A DNA stretch of 64,000 nt from positions 558,001 to 622,000 of the forward strand of contig CAUYUJ010000325.1 of NCBI GenBank assembly GCA_963575745.1, given 5' to 3'. Position 1 is the first letter of the stretch. Every line of letters starts with the position of its first letter. Source of the stretch: Prorocentrum cordatum (Eukaryota). This document shows, in pieces, positions 12,138 through 24,500 of this stretch. The translations under genes were made by a program, and so were the position numbers. The notes below the pieces were generated by a model, which was not told the origin of the DNA, did not search any database, and saw only the letters and a program-made list of their open reading frames with translations.

Positions 12138-12738
12138 TCACAAGTCCGACAGCAGGTCCACCGCTCCCCCGCCCTCGCGCCAGAGGTCCATGGCCTTGCG
12201 TCCCGAGTGCGCCTCTGCGACGAACTGCTCCAGGATCATCTCCTGCGCCCTCGGGTCTGGATCCAGCGCGTCGAGGAGCACCACCGCGTAGCGGCGGAAG
12301 ATCTCGAAAGGCACGGGTCGGCCCTGAGGGTCCAGCTCAGCCCGGAACAGCTCTCGGTACTTCGACCGAACTTCACGAATGTTGGCAGCAGGGCCATGGT
12401 GTAGCACGGCTATCCTCGCGGGCGGGGGCGAAAACACACATCCGTGTCCACAGCCTCGCGGCCTGCACTCCTCGGCCGCGACACCACGGACAGGCGGCTT
12501 TGCTCGGATGCGTCCCACGCATCCGTGGAGGTTGGCGCATCCGTGGGGTGGCGCATCGGTGCCCAGACTGGGAAGGCGTGGGTGTGGAGACGGTCTTCGC
12601 TCATCGCATCCTCTCGTTCAGCTGCACCAGCTCCTGCTCCCCCAAAAGGCCGTCGCCGTCCAAGTCGTGGAGGTTGAAGAGACCCGCCACCGCGCGTACG
12701 GCGGTCTGTGCGTTGTGTGCGCGCGTCTTTTTCAGTTC
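12138..12738 (-). CDS. Two exons (12738-12611 and 12414-12138) of an EF-hand calcium-binding host protein
   Basis: Exon A encodes LFNLHDLDGDGLLGEQELVQLNE, a canonical 12-residue EF loop. A GA-AG intron (12610-12415) joins it in frame to RIAVLHHG...PVPFEIFRRY...DPDPRAQEMILEQFVAEA. No internal stops. Upstream exons were not located. Confidence 0.72.
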
Positions 12739-13234
12739 CTGTCATGCCTTGCCACTCGCCCTTTGCGCTCCCGCCTTTGCCGCCATCACTGCGCCTCGCC
12801 TTGCCTCGCCTGCACGGCAGCCGTACGGCACCTCATCATCCTTTCCCCGCGCCCCTCCCCCCGCATCCCTAACCTGGATGGGGCAATAATCGCCCCCCCT
12901 TGGATCCGCTGGGGGGTTTGGGCACGTGCTGTCAGAACATGTGGAGGGGGGGTGGAGGAGAAGGACGAGGAAAGGATGAGAAGGAAGAGGGGGAGGAGGA
13001 GGCGGAGGAGGAGGAGGTGGAGGGGGGGAGGCTGGGCAAGCTCCATCGGCAGGTTAGTCGCCCACTTTTCGACTGATATCCCACCCAGAGTACCCTGGGC
13101 TTGCGTGTATCCCCTGGGGTGGCCCCTGCCGCTGGCTTTTCTGACTGGGCCGGCCGGCCGCGCGCACTGCCCGCTATTCGCTCTCCCACCCGCTGCGCCT
13201 CGACGCTGCGCGCAAAGCCGCAGCGTCAAAGAAG

Positions 13235-14030
13235 TGTGTGTGTGTGTGCGTGCGTGTGTGTGTGTTGTGTGTTGTGTGTTGTGTGTTGTGTGTGGGTGTT
13301 GTTGGTGTATTGTGTGTGTGTGTGTGGGGGTGGGTGTGGGTGTGGGTGTGGGTGTGGGTGTGGGTGTGGGCATGGGTGTGGGTGTGGGTGTGGGTGCGGG
13401 TGCGGGTGTGGGTGTGGGTGTGGGTGTGGGTGTGGGTGTTGGTGTGGGTGTGGGTGTGTGTGGGTGTGGGTGTGGGTGTGGGTCAAGCTAGCCAGCTCGA
13501 GCGAGTCAAGCATGTCATGCCCAGTCCCACCCGCCCTCCCACAACATAAGAAACAGTGATGGCAGAACTAGGGGCTGCGCGGGCATTTCAGTGCGAGTGG
13601 AGGATACCCCAGGACACCGCATTGACGTCCGCGCGGGATGTGCGCCGCGTCCCATTCCCGCCACGCATTTCGCATCGTCGACGACAAGACTGGCCATGTT
13701 GAAAAGAACAACGGACACGTTCCACCCTCCCACAACATAAGAAACAATGCTGGCGCAACTGGGTGCTGGCGCGTAGTGGTAGTGGTAGTAGTAGTAGTAG
13801 TAGTAGCAGCAGTAGTAGTAGTAGTAGTACTAGTAGTAGAAGCAGTCGTAGTAGTAGTAGTCGTAGTATAGTAGTAGTGGTAGTAGTAGTAGTAGTAGCC
13901 GTAGAAGTAGTAGTAGTAGTAGTCGTAGTAGTAGTAGCAGCAGCAGTAGTAGTAGTAGTACTAGTAGTAATAGTAGTACTACTCGTAGTAGTAGTACTAC
14001 TAGTAGTAGTAGTAGTAGTAGTGGTAGTAA

Positions 14031-14062
<32 letters not shown>

Positions 14063-14156
14063 ATAATAGTAGTAGTAGTCGTAGTCGTAGAAGTAGTAGT
14101 AGGAGTAGTAGTAGTAGTAGTAGGAGTAGTAGTAGTGGTAGTAGAAGCAATAGTAC

Positions 14157-14197
<41 letters not shown>

Positions 14198-15650
14198 TGC
14201 GTGTGTGCGTGTGTGCGTGTGCGGGTGTGTGCATGCGTGTATGCGTGTGTGTGTGTGTGTGTGTGCGTGCGCGCGTGTGTGTGCGTGTGTGCGAGTGTGT
14301 GTGCGTGCGCGTGTGCGTGTGTGCGCGTGCGTGTGTGCGCGCTAGCGCGTGTGCGCGTTTGCGCGTGCGCGCGTGTGCGCATGTGCGCGCGTGCGCGGCT
14401 GCGCGTGTGCGCGTGTGCGCGTCTGCGCGCGTGCGCGGCTGCGCGTGTGCGCATGTGCGCGTGAGTGTGCGTGAGTGCGTGTGCATGTGCGTGTGTGTGC
14501 GTGTGTGCGTGTGTGTGTGCGTGTGTGTGCGCGTGTGGGTGTGTGCGTGTGTGTGTGTGCTGTGTGCGTGTGTGTGCGTGCGCGCGTGTGTGCGTGCGTG
14601 TGTGTGCGTGTGTGCGTGGGTGTGTGCGTGTGTGCGTGTATTCGTGTGTGGGGTGCGTGTTTGCGGGCGTGTGTTCGAGTGTGCGTATGTGCGTGGGTGT
14701 GTTCGTGTGTGCGTGTACGTGTGTGCGTGTGTGCGTGTGCGTGTGCGTGTGTGCGTGTGCGTGTGCGTGTGTGCGTTTTGTGCGTGTGTGCGTGCGTGCG
14801 TTGCGTGCGCGGTGAGCGCTGTGCGCGTGCGCGTGCGCGTGCGCGTGCGTGCACGTGCGCGTGCACGTGGGCGTGTTGCGTGTGCGTGTGGCATGCGCAT
14901 GTGCGTGTGTGTTTGTGTGTGTGCGTGTGCGTGTGCGTGTGCGTGTGCGCGTGCGCGTGCGTGGGCGCGTGCGTGTGCGACTGAGTGTTGCGTGTAAGTG
15001 TGGCGTGTCCGTGTGCGTGTGCGTGTGCGTGTGCGTGTGCGTGTGCGTGCCGTGCGTGCGCGGTGCGCGTGTGCGTTTGCGGTGCGCGTGCGCGTGCGTG
15101 TGCTGTGCGTGTGCGTTTGCGTAGTGCGTGTGTGTGTGTGCGTGTGTGCGTGTGTGCGTGTGCATGTGGGTGTGCGTGTGCATGTGCATGTGCGTGTGCG
15201 TGTGCGTGTGCGTGCGCGTGTCCGTGCGCGCGTTCGCGTGCGAGTGCGAGTGCGTGTGCGTGTACGTGTGCGTGTGCGTGTGCGCGTGCGCGTGCGCGCG
15301 AGTGTGCGTGTGCGCCTGCGTGTGCGTGTGCGCGTGAATGTCCGTGTGCGTGTGCGTGTGCGTGTGCGTGTGCGTGTGCGTGTGTGGGTGTGGGTGTGGT
15401 GTCTGTGTGTTGTGGGTGGTGTGTGTGGTGTGCGTGTGGTGTGTGTGGTGTGTGCATGTTGCGTGTGTCTGTTTGTGTGATGTGTGTTGTGTGTGTCGTG
15501 TGTGGTGTGTGTGTGGTGTGTGTGTGTGGTGTGTGTGTGTTGTGTGTTGTGTGTTGTGTGCGTTGTGTGTGTCGTGCGTGCGTTGTGTGCTGTGTGTGTT
15601 GTGAGTGTGTTGTGTGTGCTTTGTGTGTGTGCGTGCGTTTGTGTGCGTGT
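13235..15650 (+). repeat. Compound microsatellite block: (GT)n/(GGGTGT)n, (TAG)n at 13773-14195, and GT/GC mixed repeats
   Basis: Seen directly. It produces the His/Thr/Val/Cys-rich spurious ORFs. Confidence 0.95.
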
Positions 15651-15714
15651 CGGGGTCATACAATATGTTGGAAAGTGCGCGCCCGCAGGGTCGGGAATAA
15701 GAAAAGGAGGGCCG

Positions 15715-16195
15715 TAGCTTAAAGCTACCCCCCCTTTCGGAAAGGGGGGGGGAAGCTACCCCCCCCCCTTCCTTTGTTCTGCGCTATTGAACTGGGGCTG
15801 AGGAGGGCCCTAGCTGAATGGGGGGGGGTCGAAGCTTAACGCCCCTCTCCCCCCTGTGGGGGTCCGGGCCAAGCCCGGGCTCTCCTTTTCAAAGGGGGGT
15901 GGTTTCCGTAGCTACCCCCCCCTCTGGGCAAAGCGGGGGGGGGGCTCAAAAGCTGTCCTCCCCCCTCCCTTCTTTTCGGGGCCTGAGGCGGCCTGGGGTA
16001 AGCCCGGGCTCCCCTTTCCAGGGGGGGAGGCTTTCGAAGCTCCCCCCCGCCCCCTCCCTTCTGTGCGCCAGAGGGGGGTGCATTGCAAGGGGGAGGGCTT
16101 CCAAGCTACCCCCCCACTTCTTTTCGGAGCGGAAGGTTAACCCGGGCTCCTCTTTGCAAGGGGAGGGGGGGGGTTCGCAAGCTACCCCCCCCTCT
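15715..16195 (+). repeat. Degenerate short tandem repeat with AAGCTACCCCCC / CCCGGGCTC cores
   Basis: The cores recur about 8 times with G/C runs. Confidence 0.7.
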
Positions 16196-17279
16196 CGTTG
16201 GAAGGGGGAGTTCGTTGGAGATGTCCTCCAGATTGTTTAACCGAGCTGTTTTTTGCGACGTGGTCCGGGCCGTTCCGCCTGAGACGTCCTCGCAATTGTG
16301 GGCTCCGAGCTGCCGCGGGACAGGTTGTGTGGCCCGTTGCGCTGGAGAGAAGCTCGCGGCCCTGGGCTCCCAGAGGCCTTGTCCTGAGGTTGTGCGGGTC
16401 TAGTGGGGGCGCATGCGCTGTCCGGGGTGTTTTCGGGGTCGTTGGTTCCCGGAACGAACAATTTTGTTGACACACCTCCTGCTCCCATAAACCTCCCGTC
16501 TGGCCGAAGGAGCGGCGCACAGGGACATGCTGTACCAAAATCAGGTGCTCTGGGCTGTTTCGCTTCGGACACTCTCACAACTCCCGTTTCCGAGCTGGCG
16601 GCGATGCCGTTCGCGTGGTGTCCTTCGCGAGGACTCAGAGGTGCCCTTCGTGCAACTGCGGGTTGCCGCCGCCGCCGCCGTCGTCGCCGCCGTCGCCGCC
16701 GTCGCCGTGGTTGTCGTCGTCATATCGTCGTCGTTCGTCATCGCCGGCGTCGGCGTCGGCGTTGGCGCCGGTGGTGCGGGGAAGAGAGGGCGACCGAGGC
16801 AAGAGCACGAGAAGTGTCTCGAGGAGGAGGTTGAGGAGGATGAGGAGGACGAGGAAAAGGAGGATGAAGAGGATGATTTAGGAGGACGGGGAGGACGGGG
16901 AGGAGGAGGAGGAGGAGGAGGAGGAGGAGGAGGAGGAGGAGGAGAAGAGAGGGGAGGGGGAGGGGGAGGAAGGAGAGGGCTGGGGAGGACAAGGTAAGTG
17001 CGTTCGCGCCACATCTGCCATCCTACACCTTCCCCTCACCCCTTCTCATGGCTACTATTATTAATAGTATTATGAGTTGTCCTCACATTGAATCGGGAGT
17101 CCAACATGACCTTCATGCCTTCGAGGTGAAGGGAGGAGGACGAGATGAGGGCGTCAGGGTGAAGGGCTGGGTCGTTTGCTCTGGGTGTGGGTAGAATGGT
17201 TTGTTCGTTTGAGTGTGTGCCAGGGTGAGGGTGAATGCGGGACATGGGGTTCAGGGCGCGTAGATGGTGGCGGAGGCGG

Positions 17280-18591
17280 TGTCTGCACGTGCGCGTGCGT
17301 GTGCGTGCGCGCGGGTGTGTGCGACAGGGCGCGAGTGTGAGAGCGTGTGCATGTGCGCGTGTCTACATTTGTGTGTGCGTGTGCGCATACGTGTGCGCGC
17401 GCACGTTTGTGTGTATGTGTGTATGTGTGTGTGTATGTGTGTGTGCGTGTGTGCGTGTGTGCGTGTGTGCGTGTGTGCGTGCGTGCGTGCGTGCGTGGGT
17501 GTGTGTGTGTGTGTGTGCGTGGGTGTGTGCGTGTGCGAGTGCGTGTGCGTGTGCGTGTGCGTTTTTGTGCGTGTGCGTGTGTGCGTGGGTGTTTGCGTGT
17601 GCGTAGTGCGTGTGCGTGTGCGTGTGCGTTGATGTGCGTAGTGCGTGTGCGTGCGCGTGTGCCGTGTGCGTTGTGGTGTGCGCGTAGTGGCGTGTGCGCG
17701 TGCGTGTGCGTGTGGTGGTTGCGTTGGTTCGTGTGCGTCGATTCGTGCGTGTAGCGTGTGGTGTGGTGTGAGTGTGGTAGTGCGGCTGTGTGTGAGTGCG
17801 TGTGCGTGAGCGTTTTTTTTGTGCGTTTGTGCGTGTGCGTTCTTATCGTGCGTTGTGCCGTTGTGCCTGTGCTGTGCGTTTGTACTTTTTATTCATGCGA
17901 GGGTGCTCGTGTGCGTGTGCGTAGTGCGTCGTCGTGCGTGTGCGTTGGGCGTGTTGCCTGTGCTTGTGTTGTGAGGGTGCGTTGTGCGTTTTCGTTGCGT
18001 GTGCGTGTGCGTGTGCGTAGTGCGCGTGTGTGCGTGTAGTGCGTGATGTGCGTGTGTGCGTGTGCGTGTGGTGTGCGTGTGTGGGTGATGGGTGTGGGTG
18101 TGGGTTGGGTGTGGGTGTGCGTGCGTGCGTGCGTGGTGCGTGCGTGCGTGCGTGCGTTTGTGTGTGCGCGTTCTGTTTCGCGTGCGCGTTGTGCGCTGTG
18201 TTTATTCGTGCGCGTGCTGCGGTGTGCGCGTGTTGCGATTGTGCGGTGTGCGCGTCGTGCGCGTGTGCGCGTGTGCGCGTGTGCGCGTGTGCGCGTCATT
18301 ATTAGGTATATTCCATTTGTGCGCGTGTGCGCGTGTGCGCGTGTGCGCGTGTGCGCGTGTGCGCGTGTGCGCGTGTGCGTGTGCGTGTGCGTGTGCGTGT
18401 GCGTGTGCGTGTGCGTGTGCGTGTGCGGGCGTGTGGGCGTGTGGGCGTGTGGGCGTGTGGGGGCGTGTGGGGGCGTGTGGGTGTGTGTGGGGGTGTGTGT
18501 GGGTGTGTGTGATTGTGTGTGGGTGTGTGTGGGTGTGTGTGGGTCTGTGTGTGTCTGTGTGTGTCTGTGTGTGTCTGTGTCTGTGTCTGTG

Positions 18592-18639
<48 letters not shown>

Positions 18640-18705
18640 TCTGTGTCGGTGTCGGTGTCTGTGTCTGTGTCTGTGTCTGTGTCTGTGTCTGTGTCTGTGT
18701 CTGTG
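17280..18705 (+). repeat. Compound GT/GC microsatellite
   Basis: (GTGC)n, (GTGTGC)n and (GTGTCT)n tracts. Confidence 0.95.
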
Positions 18706-19642
18706 CCCCCCACCTTGGCAAAAGGAGGGGGAGGGGGGGAGCTTTCGGAGGCGGCAAGGGGGAACAAAAAGGGGGGGGAGCGGTGGGGGGCTTCGGGCAG
18801 GGGAGGTTCAAGGGAGGGGGGGGAGCTAAGGGGGGACCCTCCTCCCCTTTGCTCCGGCCCTGCGGGCGCGCTCTCTCGTTCGCCACGCAACGTGTTTCTC
18901 CTCCCCTCCCTCCTCACGCCCCCCCCTCGCCCCCCCGGCGCCAGCCTAGGCGCAGAATTGGCACGCCCTGAACGGGGACGGATGGAATGGGGACGGCGCT
19001 AAACCACAAATCCTGTAAAAAATCTACAGATGCCGCTGTTGGGCGGACGACTTCCGCCCAAACGCACAACATTCGCGGGGACACCGACAACTAGTCCTGT
19101 TCAAAGCGCCAGAAACTTAGGGAAGCAAACAATGAAATGGACAGAGAAACTCGCATGCCCGCGCGGCTTTCTCGGATCGGCGCAGGGGCCCCCTGGTCGC
19201 ACCTCCGGCACCGCTCCTGGCGCGATCCGCGCGCCAGGGAGGGGTGTCCAGCGACGATCCGAAAAATCCACGCGGACCTCGTGAGCGTGTTTTTATTCGG
19301 CGGTTCGACATTGGGCGGAAGGGGGGCGGGAAGGCGGGGGTCTGGCTCCGGACCTCTGCTTAGTGCAACCGTTTGGAACCGTGCGTCCTGTGGGGGAGAC
19401 TCCACCTGCTCGAAACAGGCGCCAAGAACAACCAAGATCTACCCCACGGGGGTGGGGGCGAGGGCCCGCGCCGATCGGCAAAACAATGAATAAAAAACGA
19501 TCGCTTCCGAGTTCTTATGCTGATGTCATCGTCTATCTGTCACGATTCTCCAGCCTCCAAAGCAGCGGCGGACTCGCGCGGCAGCGCAGCTGGATCCATG
19601 GTGAGCTTATCGTTGCGCCTGGCCGGGCTTCGGTCCACACAG

Positions 19643-19804
19643 CTGAGGGGGCCCTGGGACACACAAATAAATAGACACGAATAACTGGATTCCCCAAATT
19701 TTCCCATATGTACGTGGTTTTTGCCTTCCCCCCCACTTTCTATATTTTCCAATTTTTTCGGGGGAATCGACGATTAATTGTGTCTGTGTTTTTTCCCCTC
19801 CTGA
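19643..19804. mobile_element. ~158-bp interspersed element, copy 2; introner-like (GA-AG on the minus strand)
   Basis: CTGA direct repeat at 19643-19646 and 19801-19804. The minus strand reads TCAG|GA...TCAG|. Confidence 0.7.
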
Positions 19805-20036
19805 AAAGCTCGGGCCTCCAGCGGCCGCTCGGGACGATCCAGGATGCCCCGCACGCCCTCGACGAGTCGCAGCTGCTGGAAGCCACCCCGGGCGACGAAA
19901 AACCGGACAGCCGACGATAGTTCGGCGGCAACTCGTGGGAGCCTCCCTCCCATGATTCCCAGGTGGACGACATGATTAGGTCGGGCATGTCCCCCTACAG
20001 GCCGAAATTGTCAAAAAATGCCCCCCTAAAATTATC

Positions 20037-20577
20037 CCAGTGCGACCCTACCTCGGAGTTGGAACCCCTAGGAAATCAGCATTAGTAGTACCAGTAACGC
20101 TAAGCTAAAGCTAAGCTAAAGCTAAGCTGAAGCTAAGCCACAGCTAAGCTAAAGCTAAGCTAAAGCTAAGCTAAAGCTGAGCTAAAGCTAAGCTAAATCT
20201 AAGCTAAAGCTAAGCTAAAGCTAAGCTAAAGCTGAGCAACAGCTAAGTTAAATCTAAGCTACGTCTAAGCTAAAGCTAAGCTAAAGCTAAGCTAAAGCTA
20301 AGCTAAAGCTAAGCTAAAGCTAAGCTAAAGCTAAGCTAAACGCTAAGCGAAAAGCTAAGCGAAACGCTAAGCAAAACGCTAAGCTAAAGCTAAGCTACAG
20401 CTAAGCTAAAGCTAAGCTAAAACTAAGCTAAAGCTAAGCTGAAGCTAAAGCTAAAGCTCCCAGGGGACTGGGGGAAACCGATCCCAGGGGACTGGGGGAA
20501 CCGCCCGGGGCGCTTTCCACTGCCCAGCCCCTTTAAGCTAGAGAGTAAGAACCCTTCTAGGCAGAGCCTAGGTAGGG
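20037..20577. mobile_element. DINE-1/Helentron-like (AAGCT)n element, copy 2
   Basis: Same termini as 547-1253 (CCAGTGCGACCCTACCT... and ...GTAAGAACCCTTCTAGGCAGAGCCTAGGTAGGG) with a shorter microsatellite. Confidence 0.75.
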
Positions 20578-20769
20578 AAAAATCACCAACAGTTGTCGAA
20601 AAATCGTCCCACGACTATTTCTTTACTACTTCCAAACCATCCTGTGGTGTTGGGTCCTCGTGTTGAAGAGACGGTGCCCCGCGTCTCTCCTTCCTTCCTC
20701 CTCCCCCTCCTCCCTCCTCCCTCCTCCCTTCTCCCCCATCCTCCCTCCTCCCCCTCCTTGCCTTTGAGC

Positions 20770-21000
20770 TCGGCACACCTCTCACACGTTTCGTAGCCCC
20801 ATGGGGAGCTCCACCGAAGGTCCCAATTGCACAGCCCGCATGCGTCCGCCACACCCAGCACAACGCTTCGTGGCCCTATAGGGAGCTCCACCGAAGGTCC
20901 CAGCGGGGGGGGGGCGCATGTCCGCCACACCCAGCACGGCGTTTCGTGGCCCCATAGGGAGCTCCACCGAAGGCCCCAGTGGAGGGGGGCGCATGCGTCC
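20770..21000 (-). repeat. ~70-75-bp minisatellite (relative of the 90-bp unit), left part, split by the copia insertion
   Basis: Unit GCATGCGTCCGCCACACCCAGCAC...CGTGGCCCCATAGGGAGCTCCACCGAAGGCCCCAGTGG resumes in register at 30590. Confidence 0.9.
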
Positions 21001-21257
21001 TGTGAAAGTTGTATTAACAAGGATGTGAGTTATAGGATGATGTTTAGAATTATCTATGTTGCTGCTCTCGCTCGCTCATGCTTGCATGCTCTTGTTCACT
21101 ATTGCCATTTGTGGCTTGGACCCGCCCAGCTGTGGCGGGAGGGTGGACGCATTCTACGACTGTCTAGCTTGACATCGGAATAAGATCAGATCACACTCTA
21201 TCTATGGCTTCTTGCATCAAGAGGTTGTGGGTGGAGAGATCAGGATCAATATTTACA
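21001..21257 (+). repeat. 5' LTR (257 bp)
   Basis: TGTGAAAG...ATTTACA, aligning end to end with 30330-30589 with roughly 15 differences by eye. Confidence 0.95.
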
Positions 21258-21258
21258 C

Positions 21259-21270
21259 TGGTAGCGGAGC
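21259..21270 (+). promoter_or_regulatory. Primer binding site, probably for initiator tRNA-Met
   Basis: TGGTAGCGGAGC, 1 nt after the LTR end, resembles the iMet PBS forms TGGTAGCG (Ty1) and TGGTATCAGAGC (plants). Confidence 0.85.
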
Positions 21271-21532
21271 TGAATCAGTCCACGGTACGAGGATTGCATA
21301 CAGAGTGGCCTTGCAGACAAAGATGCTGGCGCTCAATTACATCCTCGCGGTGCTTAACCACTGCGCTCATCAACAGATCACGGTGATCGACAAAACGCTC
21401 AAAATCATTACCTACAACAGCTTGGACGGAGATCGATATATCAACAACATCCCGGGCGAGCAGCAGAACTACAGCAACGATAGAGACAGCTACTACATCG
21501 GTAACAAGCTCAGTAGCATCACAGTCATCAAG

Positions 21533-24500
21533 ATGACGTCCAGGCAGCAGCAGCAGTTCAATGACGGCCCCCTCTTCGTGGACAAAGAGGGCGTGGTACA
21601 CTACAACGGCGACCCATCCTACGGAGAGGAGTTCGCGGAGCGTGCGATACTCGGCTACCACGCGAGCGAGGAGAAGATCAAGAAGCTCTATGCGATCAAG
21701 CTCAAGAATTCTCTAAATGGACGAGCGTGGACACTTACACGAAAGAAGGTTGAGATCAGTACGCAGGCAGTTTTGGACGAAGCAGGTAATGACCCACTTG
21801 CTGCAGTCAAACTGGTGGTAACTACAGTACGACAGGCGTGCGAGAGAATCGCACCATTACAGAAGCAGCAAGCGTTCGAGGAGTATTTATTCCGAGGTTT
21901 TCGCAATCGAACGGAGTCTGTGCAGGACTACATATCGAGACGAGAGACGGAGTACGAGCGGCTCAAGTCACTTTCAACGAACACGACAGTCAGCGAGGAC
22001 CTACGGACATACTCTCTACTAAAGCTAGCGAACATCAGCAGGCAAAAACACAAGGCAACCCTTGGCCAATGCAACAACGAATACATCTGGGACGACGTGA
22101 CGGTGGCCATGCTGATACAGCTGGACAGCACAGGCCGAGACGATCGTGGACATGGACGATACGGAGCCTACCCGGTGGACTACGACGACGAAGAGGAAGA
22201 AGCTCTACTCGGAGATGAATGTGCACCGTGCGATGAAGACGTTTTCCCGAGTGATGAGGACTACGACGCACTTGCAGCGGACATCGACGAGTTCGAGGGA
22301 GTGATTGATGGCGTAGACCCGGACGAGATCAGCCAGGAGGAGTGCGACACCCTGGCGACGGAGGCTCAACGTCTTGGCTGGAAAGCTGGACGGCGCAACC
22401 ACAAGCCCAACTACAAGCAGGCCCGGGAGCGGCTTGCTCAGAGCAAGTCGAATAGAGGCTGGAAGGCCAACATCAACAAGCAGGGCTCCATCAAGATGGA
22501 CAGCAAAGAGGCTGAGGATAAGCTGAAGCAGATCAAGGCAGGCACGAAGTGCAACGCGTGCCACAAGAAGGGTCACTGGAAGGGTGACCCCGAGTGCGAA
22601 AAGACGAGGTCACCAGCGAGTGGATCCAGTACGCTACAGCGTGGAGGACGAGGAGGCGGACGTGGAGGACGAGGCTTTCACGGACGACCTGGAGGTTTTC
22701 TACGACGAGCTGGATTCGCAATGGCGACCGCGGTCAAGCTGCTGATGGCGGACAGCTCGATGGATATGACCGCCATTCACAGTGTCAGCGACCAGCTGGC
22801 AAGCATAGACGTGGCGATGGAGGAGATCACGAGTCTGACGAAGGTGAGAATCGACACCGAGGAGCAGATAGTGAACACCTACGCGGTATCAACAGCAGGA
22901 GACCAGCCGAACTTCCAAGAGAGGATCGACCAGGCACACGAACCATACCCAGTACCTGGAGAGCATCAAGCACAAGAATCTGACGAACCCCTCAGCACTC
23001 CAGTGAGTTCAACGAGCAGACCTACACCAGGGACGTGGTCGAGGACGGATCCCAGCAGACCAAGTACAGACTACCTAGAAGATGACAACACGGAGACCGA
23101 CCTACAAAAGATACGAGAACGTGCAGAGCAGATCGCAGCATTGTGGGTAAGCTGCGAGAACATGGAAGCGGCCTACAGGGACTATATGGATTTCTGTTTG
23201 GACTGGGCCCTACATCGTTTCCAGCAGCTCATGCACATCACCATGGATATGGCACCGAACGGTCTCAGGAATCTGGCCTACGATCTATGCCAAGCAGCCT
23301 GGGACAGGACCTCGGAGCTTCGTGTCATCGTAAGGAGTACTTGCGAGCGCCTACCGATTGGAGTACGACCGACATGGTTGTGGACGCAACGCCGAGCTGG
23401 AACCAACTACGCTCCAGAGGGAATTGGGCGGCAGCAACCTTGCGAGGAGCTGGAAGAGATTGAAGCCTACGCAGTACGAAAAGGACCTATTCCAGATGGA
23501 CATGCTGTACTGGACACTGCGTGCCTACGTGGATGTGGAGGTTCAATATCACTGGACGGCTACACAGAGGACGGCAGAGTCACCACGCGGATGAGAGGAT
23601 CATCCATGCGCTTCCGAGGCGTGAATGATAGCGCCCCGGTCATGGCAGAACTAGAACAAGAGGTGACGGCTGGACTTGCTGGAGCTGACGTGAACCTACG
23701 CTTCCAGAGGTTGCCGAAGTCAAAGACGCCAATACTGCTGAGCATCCACCAGCTGGAGGAGCTCGACACAGTGATATACATCAAGGATCAGAAGGCGGAC
23801 TTCAAGGCGATCAACAAGTACGGAGTGCCTCTTAACAAGACGGAGAAGGGACACCTGACGATCTCGCTCAAGGAGTGGCCGAAGAAGGAGACGACAAAGA
23901 TCGAGCCATCAGTCACGTCCGACGAGATCGACATCTGGAATGCGGAAGTCCAGGAGATCAATAAGGGCATCCTACGGCGCAAGCAGAGGAAGCAGATCGA
24001 GGCGTGGGAGAAGGAGATTCAGGACAAGCTGGACCAGTGCCAGCAGTTCGTGGACACGCTGAAGGCGGACCCGGAGGAGAAGCGGCCCATCATCTGCGAG
24101 CTCTACGCAGGTGGCATGGCAGCCACATCAGAAGCTCAGCAGCGGCGGCATCCAGTGACGAGGCCGAGGGACATCCTGATCGGGGACGACCTGCTGGACG
24201 CGAAGTCGCAGAAGACCGTCCTGAAGCAGCTGAACGAGGATGACCCCTACGTGACCATTGTGGGTTTCCCCTGCGACCCGTTCACAAACATATCCCACAT
24301 GTTCCCGAGGGACACGAAGATGCGCAAGTTGGCGATCGGCATGAAGCACTTGCAGTTTGTCAAGAAGATCTGGCTCAACTGCAAGCGCCGAGGAGCTCAT
24401 ATGCTACTGCAGAACCCATTGACGTCAAGAGCCTGGCAGCTTATGCCATGGCTGGGCTCAGAGTTCGTAAGCGCGATGATGCACCAGTGCGCCGAGGGCA

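Noticed and set aside
13588..18971. His/Thr-, Val/Cys- and Arg/Ala-rich ORFs up to 691 aa
   Set aside because: Translations of microsatellites, open in several frames on both strands.
21212..21532. ORF-track start of the 1459-aa polyprotein
   Set aside because: It begins at a non-ATG codon inside the LTR and spans the PBS. ATG 21533 is more plausible.
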